DNA of 32,000 bases, from assembly GCF_000014785.1 (NCBI RefSeq), contig NC_008340.1, positions 2,640,001 through 2,672,000 of the forward strand, given 5' to 3'. The translations under genes and the position numbers were made by a program. Below, piece by piece: positions 9,044 through 19,069 of this stretch. The notes below the pieces were generated by a model. The model did no database searches. It was not told the origin of the DNA and saw nothing but the letters and a program-made list of their open reading frames with translations. Within the stretch, counting starts at the first letter, position 1; each line of letters starts with the position of its first letter. Source of the stretch: Alkalilimnicola ehrlichii MLHE-1 (GTDB lineage Bacteria; Pseudomonadota; Gammaproteobacteria; Nitrococcales; Halorhodospiraceae).

Positions 9044-10962
9044 TGTGCGGCATCACCGGCTTCTGGGGCGGGCCCGCGGTGGACGAAGGCATCGCCGGGC
9101 GCATGGCCGCGCGGATCGCGAGCCGCGGGCCGGACGATGCCGGCGCTTGGCGGGACGTAAAGGCGGGCGTGGCGCTGGCGCACCGGCGGCTGTCTGTTAT
9201 TGAGCTCTCCCCGGCCGGCCACCAGCCCATGCGCTCGCCCTGCGGGCGCTACACGCTGGTCTACAACGGCGAGATCTACAATCACCTCGACCTGCGCGTG
9301 GCGCTGGAGACCGCGGGGGGCGCCCCCGACTGGCGCGGGTATTCGGACACGGAGACGCTGCTGGCAGCGCTGGCCCACTGGGGCGTGCCGGAGACGTTGA
9401 CGCGGCTCAACGGCATGTTCGCCTTCGCACTGTGGGATAACCGGGAAGCCACCCTGTTCCTCGCACGCGACCGCATGGGCGAGAAGCCGCTCTATTACGG
9501 GCGCAACGGCGGGACTTTCCTGTTCGGCTCCGAGCTCAAGGCACTGACCGCATATCCGGGCTGGCAGGGTCAGGTGGACCGCGACGCCCTGGCGCTGTAC
9601 CTGCGCTACAACCACGTGCCCGCGCCGCGGAGCATCTACCGCGGTATCGGCAAGCTGCCGCCGGCGCATTACGTGGCCGTGCGTGACGGCGGGCGGAACG
9701 TGGGTGAGCCGCAGTGCTACTGGAGTCTGGGCGAGATCGCCGAACAGGGGGTAATGCAGGCCGGCGGGTCAGCGCACGAGCTGGCCGACGAGCTGGACGG
9801 GCTGCTGCGCGACGCCGTGGGCCGGCGCATGGCGGCGGACGTGCCGCTGGGGTCGTTCCTCTCCGGCGGGTTCGACTCCAGCATGGTCGCCGCGCAGATG
9901 CAGGCGCAGAGCGAGCGGCCGGTGAAGACCTTTTCCATCGGCTTCCACGAGGCCGGGTACAACGAGGCCGACCACGCGCGGGCGGTGGCGACGCACCTGG
10001 GTACGGATCACACGGAGCTTTACATCACGCCCGAGGAGGCCATGGCGGTCATCCCGGAGCTGCCAGCAATCTTCGACGAGCCGTTCGGCGATTCCTCGCA
10101 GATCCCCACCTACCTTGTCAGTCGGATGGCGCGCGAGCACGTGACCGTGAGTCTGTCCGGAGACGGGGGTGATGAGCTGTTCGGGGGTTATAATCGCCAC
10201 GTGGTCGGCCCGGCGCTCTGGGGGCGGCTGGCGCGGTTGCCGGCACCGTTGCGGCGCGGGCTGGGCCGTGCGGTGGGCGTGGCCGCGCGAATAGATCGGC
10301 TGCCCGGCGCGGGGCGCGTACCGCAGTTGGGTGAGAAGCTGGACAAGCTGGCCAGCGCCATGCGGGCGAGCGGCGGCACAGCCTTCTATAAGGACCTGCT
10401 TTCGCACTGGAAGACACCCGCAACGGTGGTCCGCGGGGCGAGTGAGCCGGCTAGCCTACCGGACCGTATCGAGGCCATGCCGAATCTGCCCGGCCTGCGA
10501 GAACGGATGCTGTACCTGGACATGATGACCTACCTGCCGGACGACATTTTGACCAAGGTGGACCGGGCCAGCATGGCGGTCAGCCTGGAGGCGCGGGTGC
10601 CGCTGCTCGACCATCGGCTGGTGGCCTTCGCCTGGCGGGTGCCCACGGACTACAAGGTGCGCGACGGGCAGGGCAAGTGGCTGTTCCGCCGGGTGCTGGA
10701 CCGCTACGTGCCGCGGGCGCTCATGGAGCGGCCCAAGATGGGCTTCGCCGTGCCCATCGAGCACTGGCTGCGCGGCCCCCTGCGCGACTGGGCCGAGGTC
10801 TTGCTGGACGAGCGGCGCCTGGAGCGGGAAGGCTTCTTCCACCCCGCGCCGATCCGCCGAATGTGGGCGGAGCACCTTTCCGGTCGGCGCCGGCACCATG
10901 CACCGCTGTGGAACGTGCTGATGTTCCAGGCGTGGTCGGAAAGGCAGGAGAGGATCGGCTGA
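9043..10962 (+). CDS. asnB: Asparagine synthase (glutamine-hydrolysing)-type amidotransferase in polysaccharide locus
   Basis: 639 aa; MCGITGFWGG class II GATase N-terminus with Cys2, VPLGSFLSGGFDSSMVAAQM PP-loop, GDGGDELFGGYNRHV. Confidence 0.93.
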   Translation: MCGITGFWGGPAVDEGIAGRMAARIASRGPDDAGAWRDVKAGVALAHRRLSVIELSPAGHQPMRSPCGRYTLVYNGEIYNHLDLRVALETAGGAPDWRGYSDTETLLAALAHWGVPETLTRLNGMFAFALWDNREATLFLARDRMGEKPLYYGRNGGTFLFGSELKALTAYPGWQGQVDRDALALYLRYNHVPAPRSIYRGIGKLPPAHYVAVRDGGRNVGEPQCYWSLGEIAEQGVMQAGGSAHELADELDGLLRDAVGRRMAADVPLGSFLSGGFDSSMVAAQMQAQSERPVKTFSIGFHEAGYNEADHARAVATHLGTDHTELYITPEEAMAVIPELPAIFDEPFGDSSQIPTYLVSRMAREHVTVSLSGDGGDELFGGYNRHVVGPALWGRLARLPAPLRRGLGRAVGVAARIDRLPGAGRVPQLGEKLDKLASAMRASGGTAFYKDLLSHWKTPATVVRGASEPASLPDRIEAMPNLPGLRERMLYLDMMTYLPDDILTKVDRASMAVSLEARVPLLDHRLVAFAWRVPTDYKVRDGQGKWLFRRVLDRYVPRALMERPKMGFAVPIEHWLRGPLRDWAEVLLDERRLEREGFFHPAPIRRMWAEHLSGRRRHHAPLWNVLMFQAWSERQERIG

Positions 10963-10963
10963 G

Positions 10964-12004
10964 ATGGGCCCTTACTGGCTGTTCTTCCTGGTCCCCCTGC
11001 TGGGTCTGTTCAGCCCGAAGCGGCTCGCACCCGACGCACGGCTGGCCGCCTGGTGCCTGATCGGGTTGTTCTTTGCGCTGGCCATCGGCTTGCGCCATGA
11101 GGTGGGGGGGGACTGGGGATCCTATCTCGCTTACCTGAAGCGTGCGGGGGAGATGAGTCTGCAGGAGGTGCTGCTCGCCAGTGACCCGGGGTATTACCTG
11201 GTCAACTGGCTGGTGGCGCAGTTCGGGGGCGGCATCTATTGGGTCAACCTGATCTGTGGGGCCATCCTGATGGCGGGCGTGGTGAAGTTCGCCCGCCGGC
11301 AGCCACTGCCGTGGCTGGCCCTGCTGGTGGCAGTGCCCTACCTGATCATCGTGGTGGGCATGGGCTATACCCGCCAGGCGGTGGCCCTGGGGCTGGTGCT
11401 GCTGGCCTTGGTGGCCTTGGGGGATGGTCGCACGCGGACATTTATTGGTTGGGTGCTGATTGGCGCCGCCTTCCACAAATCGGCCGTGCTGTTGTTGCCA
11501 GTGGCAGGCCTGGCGGCCAGCCGCAATCGCTGGTTTTCGATGGCGATGGGCGCGCTGGCCGCGCTGATCGGGGGCTATATCTTCCTGTTCGACTCGGTGG
11601 ACCACCTTTGGACCCACTACGTTGAGGCGGACTACCACTCCCAGGGCGGGGTCATCCGGGTGATGATGAACGCGGTTCCGGCGGCGCTGTTCCTGTTGCT
11701 GTATCGGTATTTTCGCCTGGAGGAAGGAGAGCGCCGGTTGTGGTGGTGGATGGCGGTGTTCGCCCTTGTCTGTATTCCGCTGGTACTGGTGTCGTCGACG
11801 GCGACCGACCGGGTCGCCTTGTACCTGATCCCCGTCCAGATGTTCGTGTTCGCGCGCCTGCACACCCTGGTGCGGGATCCGCTGCATCGGAGCTACGTGG
11901 TGGTCGCGGTGGTGACGTACTACGCCCTGGTGCTGGCCGTATGGCTGGCCTATGCCGCCCACTCCCAATTCTGGCTGCCCTACCAGGTGGCCTGGTCCGC
12001 CTAG
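10964..12004 (+). CDS. EpsG-family / Wzy-like polysaccharide polymerase membrane protein
   Basis: 346 aa, multiple hydrophobic segments; LRHEVGGDWGSYLAYLKRAGEMSLQEVLLASDPGYYLVNWLV and GMGYTRQAVALGLVLLALVAL are typical of EpsG-family proteins. Confidence 0.82.
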   Translation: MGPYWLFFLVPLLGLFSPKRLAPDARLAAWCLIGLFFALAIGLRHEVGGDWGSYLAYLKRAGEMSLQEVLLASDPGYYLVNWLVAQFGGGIYWVNLICGAILMAGVVKFARRQPLPWLALLVAVPYLIIVVGMGYTRQAVALGLVLLALVALGDGRTRTFIGWVLIGAAFHKSAVLLLPVAGLAASRNRWFSMAMGALAALIGGYIFLFDSVDHLWTHYVEADYHSQGGVIRVMMNAVPAALFLLLYRYFRLEEGERRLWWWMAVFALVCIPLVLVSSTATDRVALYLIPVQMFVFARLHTLVRDPLHRSYVVVAVVTYYALVLAVWLAYAAHSQFWLPYQVAWSA

Positions 12005-12073
12005 GCGGCCGGACCACCGGGCCGGGGCATTGGCGATATCGGAACGCTCACGGTTCTTAACAGGGAGCAGACT

Positions 12074-13213
12074 ATGGGACGGTCCGGGGTGGTGGCGCTG
12101 GTCTCGAACACCTCTTGGTATCTCTACAACTTCCGGCGCGGGACGCTGGCGGCGTTACGCGATGCGGGATACCGGGTGGTGTGCCTCGCGCCGCCGGATG
12201 CCTATTCCAGGCGGCTGGAGGAGGAACTGGGCGCAGAGCACCTGCCCCTGGCCATGGAGGGGAAGAGCACCCGGCTATGGGACGAGGCCAGGAGCCTGCT
12301 GACACTGGCCAACACGCTGCGCCGCCTGCGCCCTGCCTTCGTCTTCAACTACACCGTCAAGGCGAACATCTACTCCGGCCTGGCCTGCCAGGCGCTGCGC
12401 ATTCCCTACGCCAACAATGTCTCCGGGCTGGGTACCGCCTTTATCCACGACGGTTGGCTGTTCCGGCGCGTGCGTTCGCTCTACGGCCTGGCCAACCGGG
12501 GCGCGCGGCAGGTGTTCCTCCAGAACCCCGATGACCACGCCCTCCTTCAGTCCCACGGCCTGTTGCGCAACTCCCCGACGATGGTGCTCCCCGGCTCAGG
12601 CATAGACACCGCGCGGTTCGACTTTTCGCACCTGCCGGACGCGTCACCCTTCACCTTTGTGATGATCGCGCGCCTGCTCGGGGACAAGGGGGTACGAGAG
12701 TACGTCCAGGCCGCCGAGTTGGTGCGTGAACAGCACCCCGATACCCGCTTTCTGCTCGTCGGTCCGCACGGCGCCAGCAACCGCACCGCAATCCCCGAGG
12801 AAGAGGTGCGCGCCTGGCAGGCACGGGGTGTGGTGGAGTACCTGGGTGAGCAGGAGGATGTTCGCCCTTTCATCAGGCAATCGCACATCCTGGTACTGCC
12901 CTCCTATCGTGAGGGCATGCCGCGGACCGTACTGGAGGCGGCTGCCATGGGGCGCCCGGCCATCGTGTCCGATGTGCCTGGGTGCCGGCACGCCGTGGTT
13001 GATGGCGAAACCGGCTGGCTGGCCCCGGTTAAGCGCCCGGAGGCTCTCGCCCGGCAAATGGTCGACTGCGCGGCGCTGCCGCGCGAAGCGCTGGCGCAGG
13101 CGGGCAGCACAGCACGCCAACGTATCGAGCGGGTGTTCGATGAGCGTGTTGTGGTGGCGGCCACGCTGGCCTGCCTACGGGATGAGCCTGTGGGCGCCAG
13201 CGGCTCGCAATGA
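12074..13213 (+). CDS. Glycosyltransferase family 4
   Basis: 379 aa; VSNTSWYLYNFRRGTLAALRDAGYRVVCLAPPD; FNYTVKANIYSGLACQALRIPYANNVSGLGTAF; LVLPSYREGMPRTVLEAAAMGRPAIVSDVPGCRHAVVDGETG. Confidence 0.92.
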   Translation: MGRSGVVALVSNTSWYLYNFRRGTLAALRDAGYRVVCLAPPDAYSRRLEEELGAEHLPLAMEGKSTRLWDEARSLLTLANTLRRLRPAFVFNYTVKANIYSGLACQALRIPYANNVSGLGTAFIHDGWLFRRVRSLYGLANRGARQVFLQNPDDHALLQSHGLLRNSPTMVLPGSGIDTARFDFSHLPDASPFTFVMIARLLGDKGVREYVQAAELVREQHPDTRFLLVGPHGASNRTAIPEEEVRAWQARGVVEYLGEQEDVRPFIRQSHILVLPSYREGMPRTVLEAAAMGRPAIVSDVPGCRHAVVDGETGWLAPVKRPEALARQMVDCAALPREALAQAGSTARQRIERVFDERVVVAATLACLRDEPVGASGSQ

Positions 13214-13229
13214 GGGAGGATGGCTGCTA

Positions 13230-14645
13230 TTAGCGAGGCCGGACCTGGTAGCCCCTCGCCAGGGTGTCCATCGTATCTTCGCGAACCGCCCGCATGAACG
13301 CGTCCCAGGCGGCCCGTTCCGTATCGAATTGCTGGCTCCACTGAACAGGTGGGTTTACACCATCATAGGTCTCCAGGGTCCAGTGGGTGTCCTTGGCGTA
13401 CCGGAAGATTCGCACGTCGACGGCCAGACCATCCTGAATGAACATTCCGGAATAGTCCGAGTCGACGCGCACGGCGATCAGCGGAGGGTTAAGTGAGTCG
13501 GGCGAAGCCACCGCATCCTGTCTCCGGTTGAGGGCGCTGAAGGGCCACCTGGCACGACGGTAGAGCGTTGCAAGCCGCATGATCATCAGATGCAGCCCGC
13601 CAAAGGCCAATGCGAAGAAGGCAAGCGCCACGTACGCGGCCACTGCCTGATTCCAGAGTATAACGCCGGTGGCCACCGGTAGCGCAATTATCGGCGCCAT
13701 CACCAGCGTCGCCAGTGGATTGGTCAGTTCACGGCGGTTGGAGCCGAACCAGACCACCTCCAGGCACCGCCGGATCTTCTGGTGCAGGTGCATCTTGTCG
13801 GGTTCAGCAATGCGCTGCCGCGCCAGGAACCTGCGGAGGATGGTGTGCAGGGTGTCTGCAAGTGGCCAGAAAAGGACGAGAACCACCGCAGCAAACGCAA
13901 CCGCTGGGGCCAGCATAACCAGGGCGATGGCCAGCCAAGCCAGCAGGTGCCCAATGCCGTAGGAGCCCGCATCCCCAAGGAACAGCCTGCCCAGCGGCCA
14001 ATTCCACGCCAGGAACCCCAGGCAAGCCGCCCCCAGCAGCATGGCAAAGAGGCTTATCTCGGGCTCGCCAGCCTGGTAAGCGATCGCGCTTAGCCCGGCA
14101 GCCGCCACGAGTGCGGTGAAGGCCGCCAAGCCATTCATACCGTCAATCAGATTGACCGCGTGGCAAAAACCGGCCGCGCCCAGCACCGTGAGAACGATCG
14201 CCAGGGGCATGAAGGTCATCAGCAGGTCAATGCCTGGTAAGTCGGCCCTCGGCACCCAAAGGCCCAGGATCAGGACGCAGGCCGCTGCCGATATGGCGGC
14301 GGCCATCAAGCGGCCCCGGGGTGAGACAGGATAGCCCAAGTCCTCCGCCAGCCCCGCCATCAGCACCGGCAAGGCTGTCAGCAGGAGGAGCATGGTGAAG
14401 CTGATATCGGTCGTCCCGCTCAGGACCAGGGCGCCGGCCAGCACCCCGCCAAAGATCGCGACCCCGCCCAACCGCAGCACCTCGCCGGTGTGCGAGGCCT
14501 GCACGGCATCCAGGTCGTTCCGGTCTCGCGTCAGACGGGATAACGCAGGTTCCGCCGCGACCAGCACCCAACCAATGAGAAGGGAGGTCAGGATCGCCGT
14601 CACGGCAGGATCTGTTAGCGTTTGCAAACCAAGCTCCAGCGACAT
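13230..14645 (-). CDS. WecA/MraY-like undecaprenyl-phosphate sugar-1-phosphate transferase with extra C-terminal region
   Basis: Start likely MSLELGLQTL at 14645. GEVLRLGGVAIFGGVLAG, GAAGFCHAVNLIDGMNGLAAFTAL, LFLGDAGSYGIGHLLAWLA, ADTLHTILRRFLARQRIAEPDKMHLHQKIRR are canonical MraY/WecA motifs. Confidence 0.92.
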   Translation of the reverse strand: MSLELGLQTLTDPAVTAILTSLLIGWVLVAAEPALSRLTRDRNDLDAVQASHTGEVLRLGGVAIFGGVLAGALVLSGTTDISFTMLLLLTALPVLMAGLAEDLGYPVSPRGRLMAAAISAAACVLILGLWVPRADLPGIDLLMTFMPLAIVLTVLGAAGFCHAVNLIDGMNGLAAFTALVAAAGLSAIAYQAGEPEISLFAMLLGAACLGFLAWNWPLGRLFLGDAGSYGIGHLLAWLAIALVMLAPAVAFAAVVLVLFWPLADTLHTILRRFLARQRIAEPDKMHLHQKIRRCLEVVWFGSNRRELTNPLATLVMAPIIALPVATGVILWNQAVAAYVALAFFALAFGGLHLMIMRLATLYRRARWPFSALNRRQDAVASPDSLNPPLIAVRVDSDYSGMFIQDGLAVDVRIFRYAKDTHWTLETYDGVNPPVQWSQQFDTERAAWDAFMRAVREDTMDTLARGYQVRPR

Positions 14646-14853
14646 TGTTCTAGGCTTCCCATGCCGACCGACAGATCGGTGAGGCTGACACAGCACATAC
14701 GGCGCCGCGCGGCGGGGCCATGCGCCGGAAAGTGCATCAAGCAGGACTGATGGTTGGAATATAGCAGAGTCTGGAAGGCCGATGAATGCGTTCCTGCCTT
14801 GGCAAAACCAGCACGACGTTGCGTGTTGTCGCATTCATTTGCCAACTCTAAAG

Positions 14854-14904
14854 TTATAACAATCCTCACAATGAAAAGCATTTTCATTGTGAGGATTGTT
14901 ATAA
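14854..14904. repeat. Perfect inverted repeat, 24-bp arms, 3-nt loop
   Basis: ttataacaatcctcacaatgaaaa (14854-14877) gca ttttcattgtgaggattgttataa (14881-14904). Confidence 0.97.
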
Positions 14905-14931
14905 TGATGCACCGGAAGGCGCCCTACTCTA

Positions 14932-15360
14932 CGTCACTGCCATGCTCTTCGTCACTGCGAGGAGGTGAAGCCGACGTGGCAGTCTACCCCTCTGGATCGC
15001 CACGGGCCTTCGGCCCTCGCGATGGCGGGGAAAGCCTTCGGCCCTCTTGAAGAACTGGACGGTGCAGGAAGCGGAAGGTCGCCCCCACCGTCACTGCGAG
15101 GAGCGCCACCTCCCCCACTGTCACTGCGAGGAGGCGAAGCCGACGTGGCAGTCTACCGCCCTGGATCGCCACGGGCCTTCGGCCCTCGCGATGACGGAGG
15201 AAAGCCTTCGGCCCTCGCGATGACGGGGGTGCCCCGTTCCTCGCTGATTCGCGCCCGCGCAGCGGGGCGGGGGGCTCGCGATGACAGGGGGCATTTTGCG
15301 CCCTTGTGCCTTGTGATGACGGGGGCGGGGGTTTTCACGTCGCGCCTTTTGATGACGGGT
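14932..15360. repeat. Cluster of dispersed palindromic repeats (gtcactgcgaggag...gggccttcggccctcgcgatgacgg family), two near-full units plus fragments
   Basis: Near-full units at about 14951-15028 and 15120-15196; partial units near 15090, 15204-15228, 15271-15290 and 15325-15360. Confidence 0.9.
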
Positions 15361-15364
15361 AATT

Positions 15365-16180
15365 GTGTTTATGCAGAAGCTACTTGAATCCGTACACCAA
15401 GCCATGGACGAGGCGGCCCGCGAGGTGATGGCGATTTACGCCGATCCCACCCGTTTCGATACCCAGCACAAGGACGACGACAGCCCCCTGACCGCCGCCG
15501 ATCTGGCGGCGCATCGCTGTCTCTGCCGGCACCTGGAGGCGGCCACGCCGGAGATCCCGGTGTTGTCGGAGGAGTCCGCCGAGGTGCCTTCGGAGGAGCG
15601 CCGGCGGTGGGCGCGCTGTTGGGTGGTGGACCCGCTGGACGGGACCAAGGAGTTCCTCAAGCGCAACGACGAGTTTACGCTGAATGTGGCGCTGGTGGAG
15701 GACGGCCGGGTGGTGTTGGGGGTGGTGGATGCGCCGGCGCTGGGGCGGCGTTATTTTGCCGCCGAGGGTGTGGGGGCCTGGCGGCGGGATGGGGCCGCGG
15801 CCACCGAGGAGCGCCTGTCCGTGGCGTCACCCCCTGCCGAAGGCCGGGCCTGGCGGGTGGTGGGCAGCCGCTCCCACCCCGGGCCGGCGCTGCAGGCCTT
15901 TGTCGATCGGCTGCCCGCCGCCGAGGTGGTGCCCATGGGCAGCTCGCTGAAGCTCTGCCTGGTGGCCGAGGGCAGCGCCGACCTTTACCCCCGGCTGGGG
16001 CCCACCTGCGAGTGGGACACCGCCGCCGCCCAGTGTGTGGTGGAGCAGGCCGGCGGCCGGGTGCTGGATGCCGCGACCGGCGAGCCGCTGCGCTATAACC
16101 AGCGTGATACCCTACTCAACCCCTGGTTCATCGCCTGCGCCGAGCGCCACCCGGCCTGGCGCTTGCCCGATACCGAATAA
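15365..16180 (+). CDS. cysQ: 3'(2'),5'-bisphosphate nucleotidase
   Basis: 271 aa; [62 protein letters not shown], inositol monophosphatase superfamily motifs. Start could be the second Met. Confidence 0.92.
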   Translation: [271 protein letters not shown]

Positions 16181-16204
16181 CCCTGCTGAGTCGATCAATC
16201 TGTT

Positions 16205-17113
16205 ATGGATAACCGTACCCTGACCCACCTCCGTCAGCTCGAGGCGGAGAGCATCCACATCATCCGCGAGGTGGTGGCCGAGTTCGAGAACCCGGTGATG
16301 CTCTACTCCATCGGCAAGGACTCGTCGGTGATGCTGCACCTGGCCCGCAAGGCCTTCTACCCCGGCACCCCGCCCTTCCCGCTGATGCACGTGGACACCA
16401 CCTGGAAGTTCCGCGAGATGATCGAGTTCCGCGACCGCATGGCGAAAGAGGCGGGCATGGAGCTGATTGTGCACATCAACCAGGAGGGCGTGGCCCAGGG
16501 CATCGGCCCCTTCAGCCACGGCTCGCGGGTGCACACCGATGTGATGAAGACCCAGTCGCTCAAGCAGGCGCTGGACAAGTACCGCTTCGACGCCGCCTTC
16601 GGCGGGGCCCGCCGGGACGAGGAGCGCTCCCGCGCCAAGGAGCGGGTCTACTCCTTCCGCGATCGCAACCACGCCTGGGACCCGAAGAACCAGCGCCCGG
16701 AGCTCTGGCGGCTCTATAACGGCCAGGTGCACAAGGGCGAGAGCATCCGCGTGTTTCCGCTGTCTAACTGGACGGAGCTGGACATCTGGCAGTACATCTA
16801 TCTGGAGGAGATCCCCATCGTGCCGCTCTACTACGCGGCCCGCCGCCCGGTGGTGGAGCGCGACGGCACCCTGATTATGGTGGATGACGACCGCATGCCC
16901 CTGGAGCCGGGCGAGGAACCGGAGATGGCGATGGTGCGCTTCCGCACCCTGGGCTGCTACCCGCTGACCGGGGCCATCCGCTCCGAGGCGGCGACGCTGC
17001 CCGAGATCATCCAGGAGATGCTGCTGACCAAGAGCAGCGAGCGCCAGGGCCGAGTCATCGACCACGACGCCGCCGGCTCGATGGAAGAGAAGAAACGCCA
17101 GGGGTACTTCTGA
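16205..17113 (+). CDS. cysD: Sulfate adenylyltransferase subunit 2
   Basis: 302 aa; [46 protein letters not shown]; [29 protein letters not shown]. Confidence 0.97.
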   Translation: MDNRTLTHLRQLEAESIHIIREVVAEFENPVMLYSIGKDSSVMLHLARKAFYPGTPPFPLMHVDTTWKFREMIEFRDRMAKEAGMELIVHINQEGVAQGIGPFSHGSRVHTDVMKTQSLKQALDKYRFDAAFGGARRDEERSRAKERVYSFRDRNHAWDPKNQRPELWRLYNGQVHKGESIRVFPLSNWTELDIWQYIYLEEIPIVPLYYAARRPVVERDGTLIMVDDDRMPLEPGEEPEMAMVRFRTLGCYPLTGAIRSEAATLPEIIQEMLLTKSSERQGRVIDHDAAGSMEEKKRQGYF

Positions 17114-17115
17114 TT

Positions 17116-19032
17116 ATGTCGCACGCATCCGAGCTCATCGCCCAGGACATTGAGGCCTACCTGAAGCAGCACGAGCAGAAGGACCTGCTGCGCTTTATCA
17201 CCTGCGGCAGCGTGGACGACGGCAAGAGCACGCTGATCGGCCGGCTGCTGCACGACTCGCAGCTCATCTACGAGGACCAGCTCGCCGCCATCAAGCGCGA
17301 CTCGGGCAAGTACGGCACCACCGGCGATGAGGTGGACCTGGCGCTGCTGGTGGACGGCCTGCAGTCGGAGCGCGAACAGGGCATCACCATCGATGTGGCC
17401 TACCGCTACTTCTCCACCGAGAAGCGCAAGTTCATCATTGCCGACACCCCGGGCCACGAGCAGTACACCCGTAACATGGCCACCGGGGCCTCCACCGCCA
17501 GTCTGGCGATCATCCTGGTGGATGCGCGCAAGGGGCTGCAGGTGCAGACCCGGCGCCACAGCTTTATCGTCTCGCTGCTGGGCATCCGCCACGTGGTGCT
17601 GGCGGTGAACAAGATGGACCTGGTGGACTACGACCAGGCGGTGTTCGACGCCATCTGCAAAGATTACCAGGACTTCGTGAAGCGCCTGGGCATTCCCGAT
17701 GTGCACTACGTGCCGGTCTCCGCCTTGCAGGGCGATAACGTGGTGAAGCCCTCGACGGCCATGCCCTGGTACGACGGCCCGACGATGATGCACATCCTCG
17801 AGACCCTGCCGGTGGCGGCCGATCGCAATTTCGACGAGTTCCGCCTGCCGGTGCAGTACGTCAACCGGCCGAACCCGGACTTTCGCGGCTTCTGCGGCAC
17901 CATCGCCAGCGGTGTGGTGCATCCGGGCGACCCGGTGGTCGCCCTGCCCTCGGGCAAGCGCTCGCGGGTGGCGCGCATTGTCACCTGGGAGGGGGACCTG
18001 GCGGAGGCCTTCCCGCCCCAGGCGGTGACGCTGACCCTGGAGGACGAGATCGACGTCAGCCGGGGGGATATCCTGGCCAGCCCGGACACGGTGCCGACCG
18101 TCTCCGAGGCCTTCGATGCGCGCATTGTCTGGATGGCCGAGCAGCCGATGCTGCCCGGGCGGCAATACGACATCAAGCTGGGCACGCGCCTGGTGCCGGG
18201 CACGCCCACGGCGGTGCACCACCGGATCGACGTGAACTCGTTGGAGCACCAGCACGCGGAGGAGCTGGGGCTGAACGAGATCGGTTACTGCCGGGTGACG
18301 CTGAACCAGCCGGTGCCCTTCGATGCCTACGAGCGGGTGGCGGACACCGGCAGCTTTATCCTCATCGACCGGCTGACCAACGTGACCGTGGGCGCGGGCA
18401 TGATCGTGCGCCCGGCGGAGCGGGCGGTGCCGGAGAAGTCCGACGATGTGGTCTGGCAGGAGCCGAAGATCAGCAAGCAGCAGCGGGCCAACCAGAAGAC
18501 CCAGCGCCCGGCCATCCTATGGTTCACCGGGCTGTCCGGCTCGGGCAAGTCGACCCTGTCCAACGCCCTGGAGCAGCGGCTCTACCAGCTTGGCTACCAC
18601 AGCTACCTGCTGGACGGCGACAACATCCGCCATGGGCTTAACGGGGACTTGGGCTTCAGCCGCGAGGACCGGGTGGAGAACATCCGCCGCATCGGCGAGG
18701 TGGCACGGTTGTTCGTGGACGCGGGGCTGCTGGTGGTGACCGCCTTCATCTCCCCCTTCCGCGCCGACCGGGCGATGGTGCGCGAGCTGGTGGAGGACGG
18801 TGAGTTCGTGGAGATCTTCGTCGACACCCCGCTGGAGGTCTGCGAGCAGCGCGACCCCAAGGGGCTGTACGCCAAGGCCCGCGCCGGGGTGATCAAGGAG
18901 TTCACCGGCATCGACTCGCCCTACGAGCCCCCGGAGAAGCCGGAGCTGCACATCCGCACCGCGGAGCTGTCCGTGGACGAGAGCGTGGAGCGCATCATCG
19001 CCTATCTGCAGGACCGGCACATCTTGCGGTAG
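17116..19032 (+). CDS. cysNC: Bifunctional sulfate adenylyltransferase subunit 1 / adenylylsulfate kinase
   Basis: 638 aa; [18 protein letters not shown] and [17 protein letters not shown] GTPase motifs, followed by [23 protein letters not shown]...[19 protein letters not shown] kinase. Confidence 0.97.
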   Translation: MSHASELIAQDIEAYLKQHEQKDLLRFITCGSVDDGKSTLIGRLLHDSQLIYEDQLAAIKRDSGKYGTTGDEVDLALLVDGLQSEREQGITIDVAYRYFSTEKRKFIIADTPGHEQYTRNMATGASTASLAIILVDARKGLQVQTRRHSFIVSLLGIRHVVLAVNKMDLVDYDQAVFDAICKDYQDFVKRLGIPDVHYVPVSALQGDNVVKPSTAMPWYDGPTMMHILETLPVAADRNFDEFRLPVQYVNRPNPDFRGFCGTIASGVVHPGDPVVALPSGKRSRVARIVTWEGDLAEAFPPQAVTLTLEDEIDVSRGDILASPDTVPTVSEAFDARIVWMAEQPMLPGRQYDIKLGTRLVPGTPTAVHHRIDVNSLEHQHAEELGLNEIGYCRVTLNQPVPFDAYERVADTGSFILIDRLTNVTVGAGMIVRPAERAVPEKSDDVVWQEPKISKQQRANQKTQRPAILWFTGLSGSGKSTLSNALEQRLYQLGYHSYLLDGDNIRHGLNGDLGFSREDRVENIRRIGEVARLFVDAGLLVVTAFISPFRADRAMVRELVEDGEFVEIFVDTPLEVCEQRDPKGLYAKARAGVIKEFTGIDSPYEPPEKPELHIRTAELSVDESVERIIAYLQDRHILR

Positions 19033-19034
19033 GT

Positions 19035-19069
19035 TGTGCAGATTGTAAGTCCTACTTACAATCTGCACA
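19035..19069. repeat. Perfect inverted repeat, 16-bp arms, 3-nt loop, touching the start codon of the downstream ATPase
   Basis: tgtgcagattgtaagt (19035-19050) cct acttacaatctgcaca (19054-19069); ATG start at 19069-19071. Confidence 0.97.

Noticed and set aside
10721-11968. 415-aa minus-strand ORF opposite the EpsG-like gene
   Set aside because: Low-complexity His/Gln/Pro-rich antisense translation of a membrane protein gene.
16957-18255. 432-aa minus-strand ORF opposite cysD/cysNC
   Set aside because: Antisense to conserved cysNC with clear motifs; composition (His/Gln/Val/Arg-rich) indicates a shadow frame.
19035-19069. Intrinsic terminator of cysNC
   Set aside because: The stem is perfect but AT-rich and followed by catgatcaaaagg rather than a T tract; it abuts the next gene's start codon. 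A role in termination is not excluded but is not the best reading.
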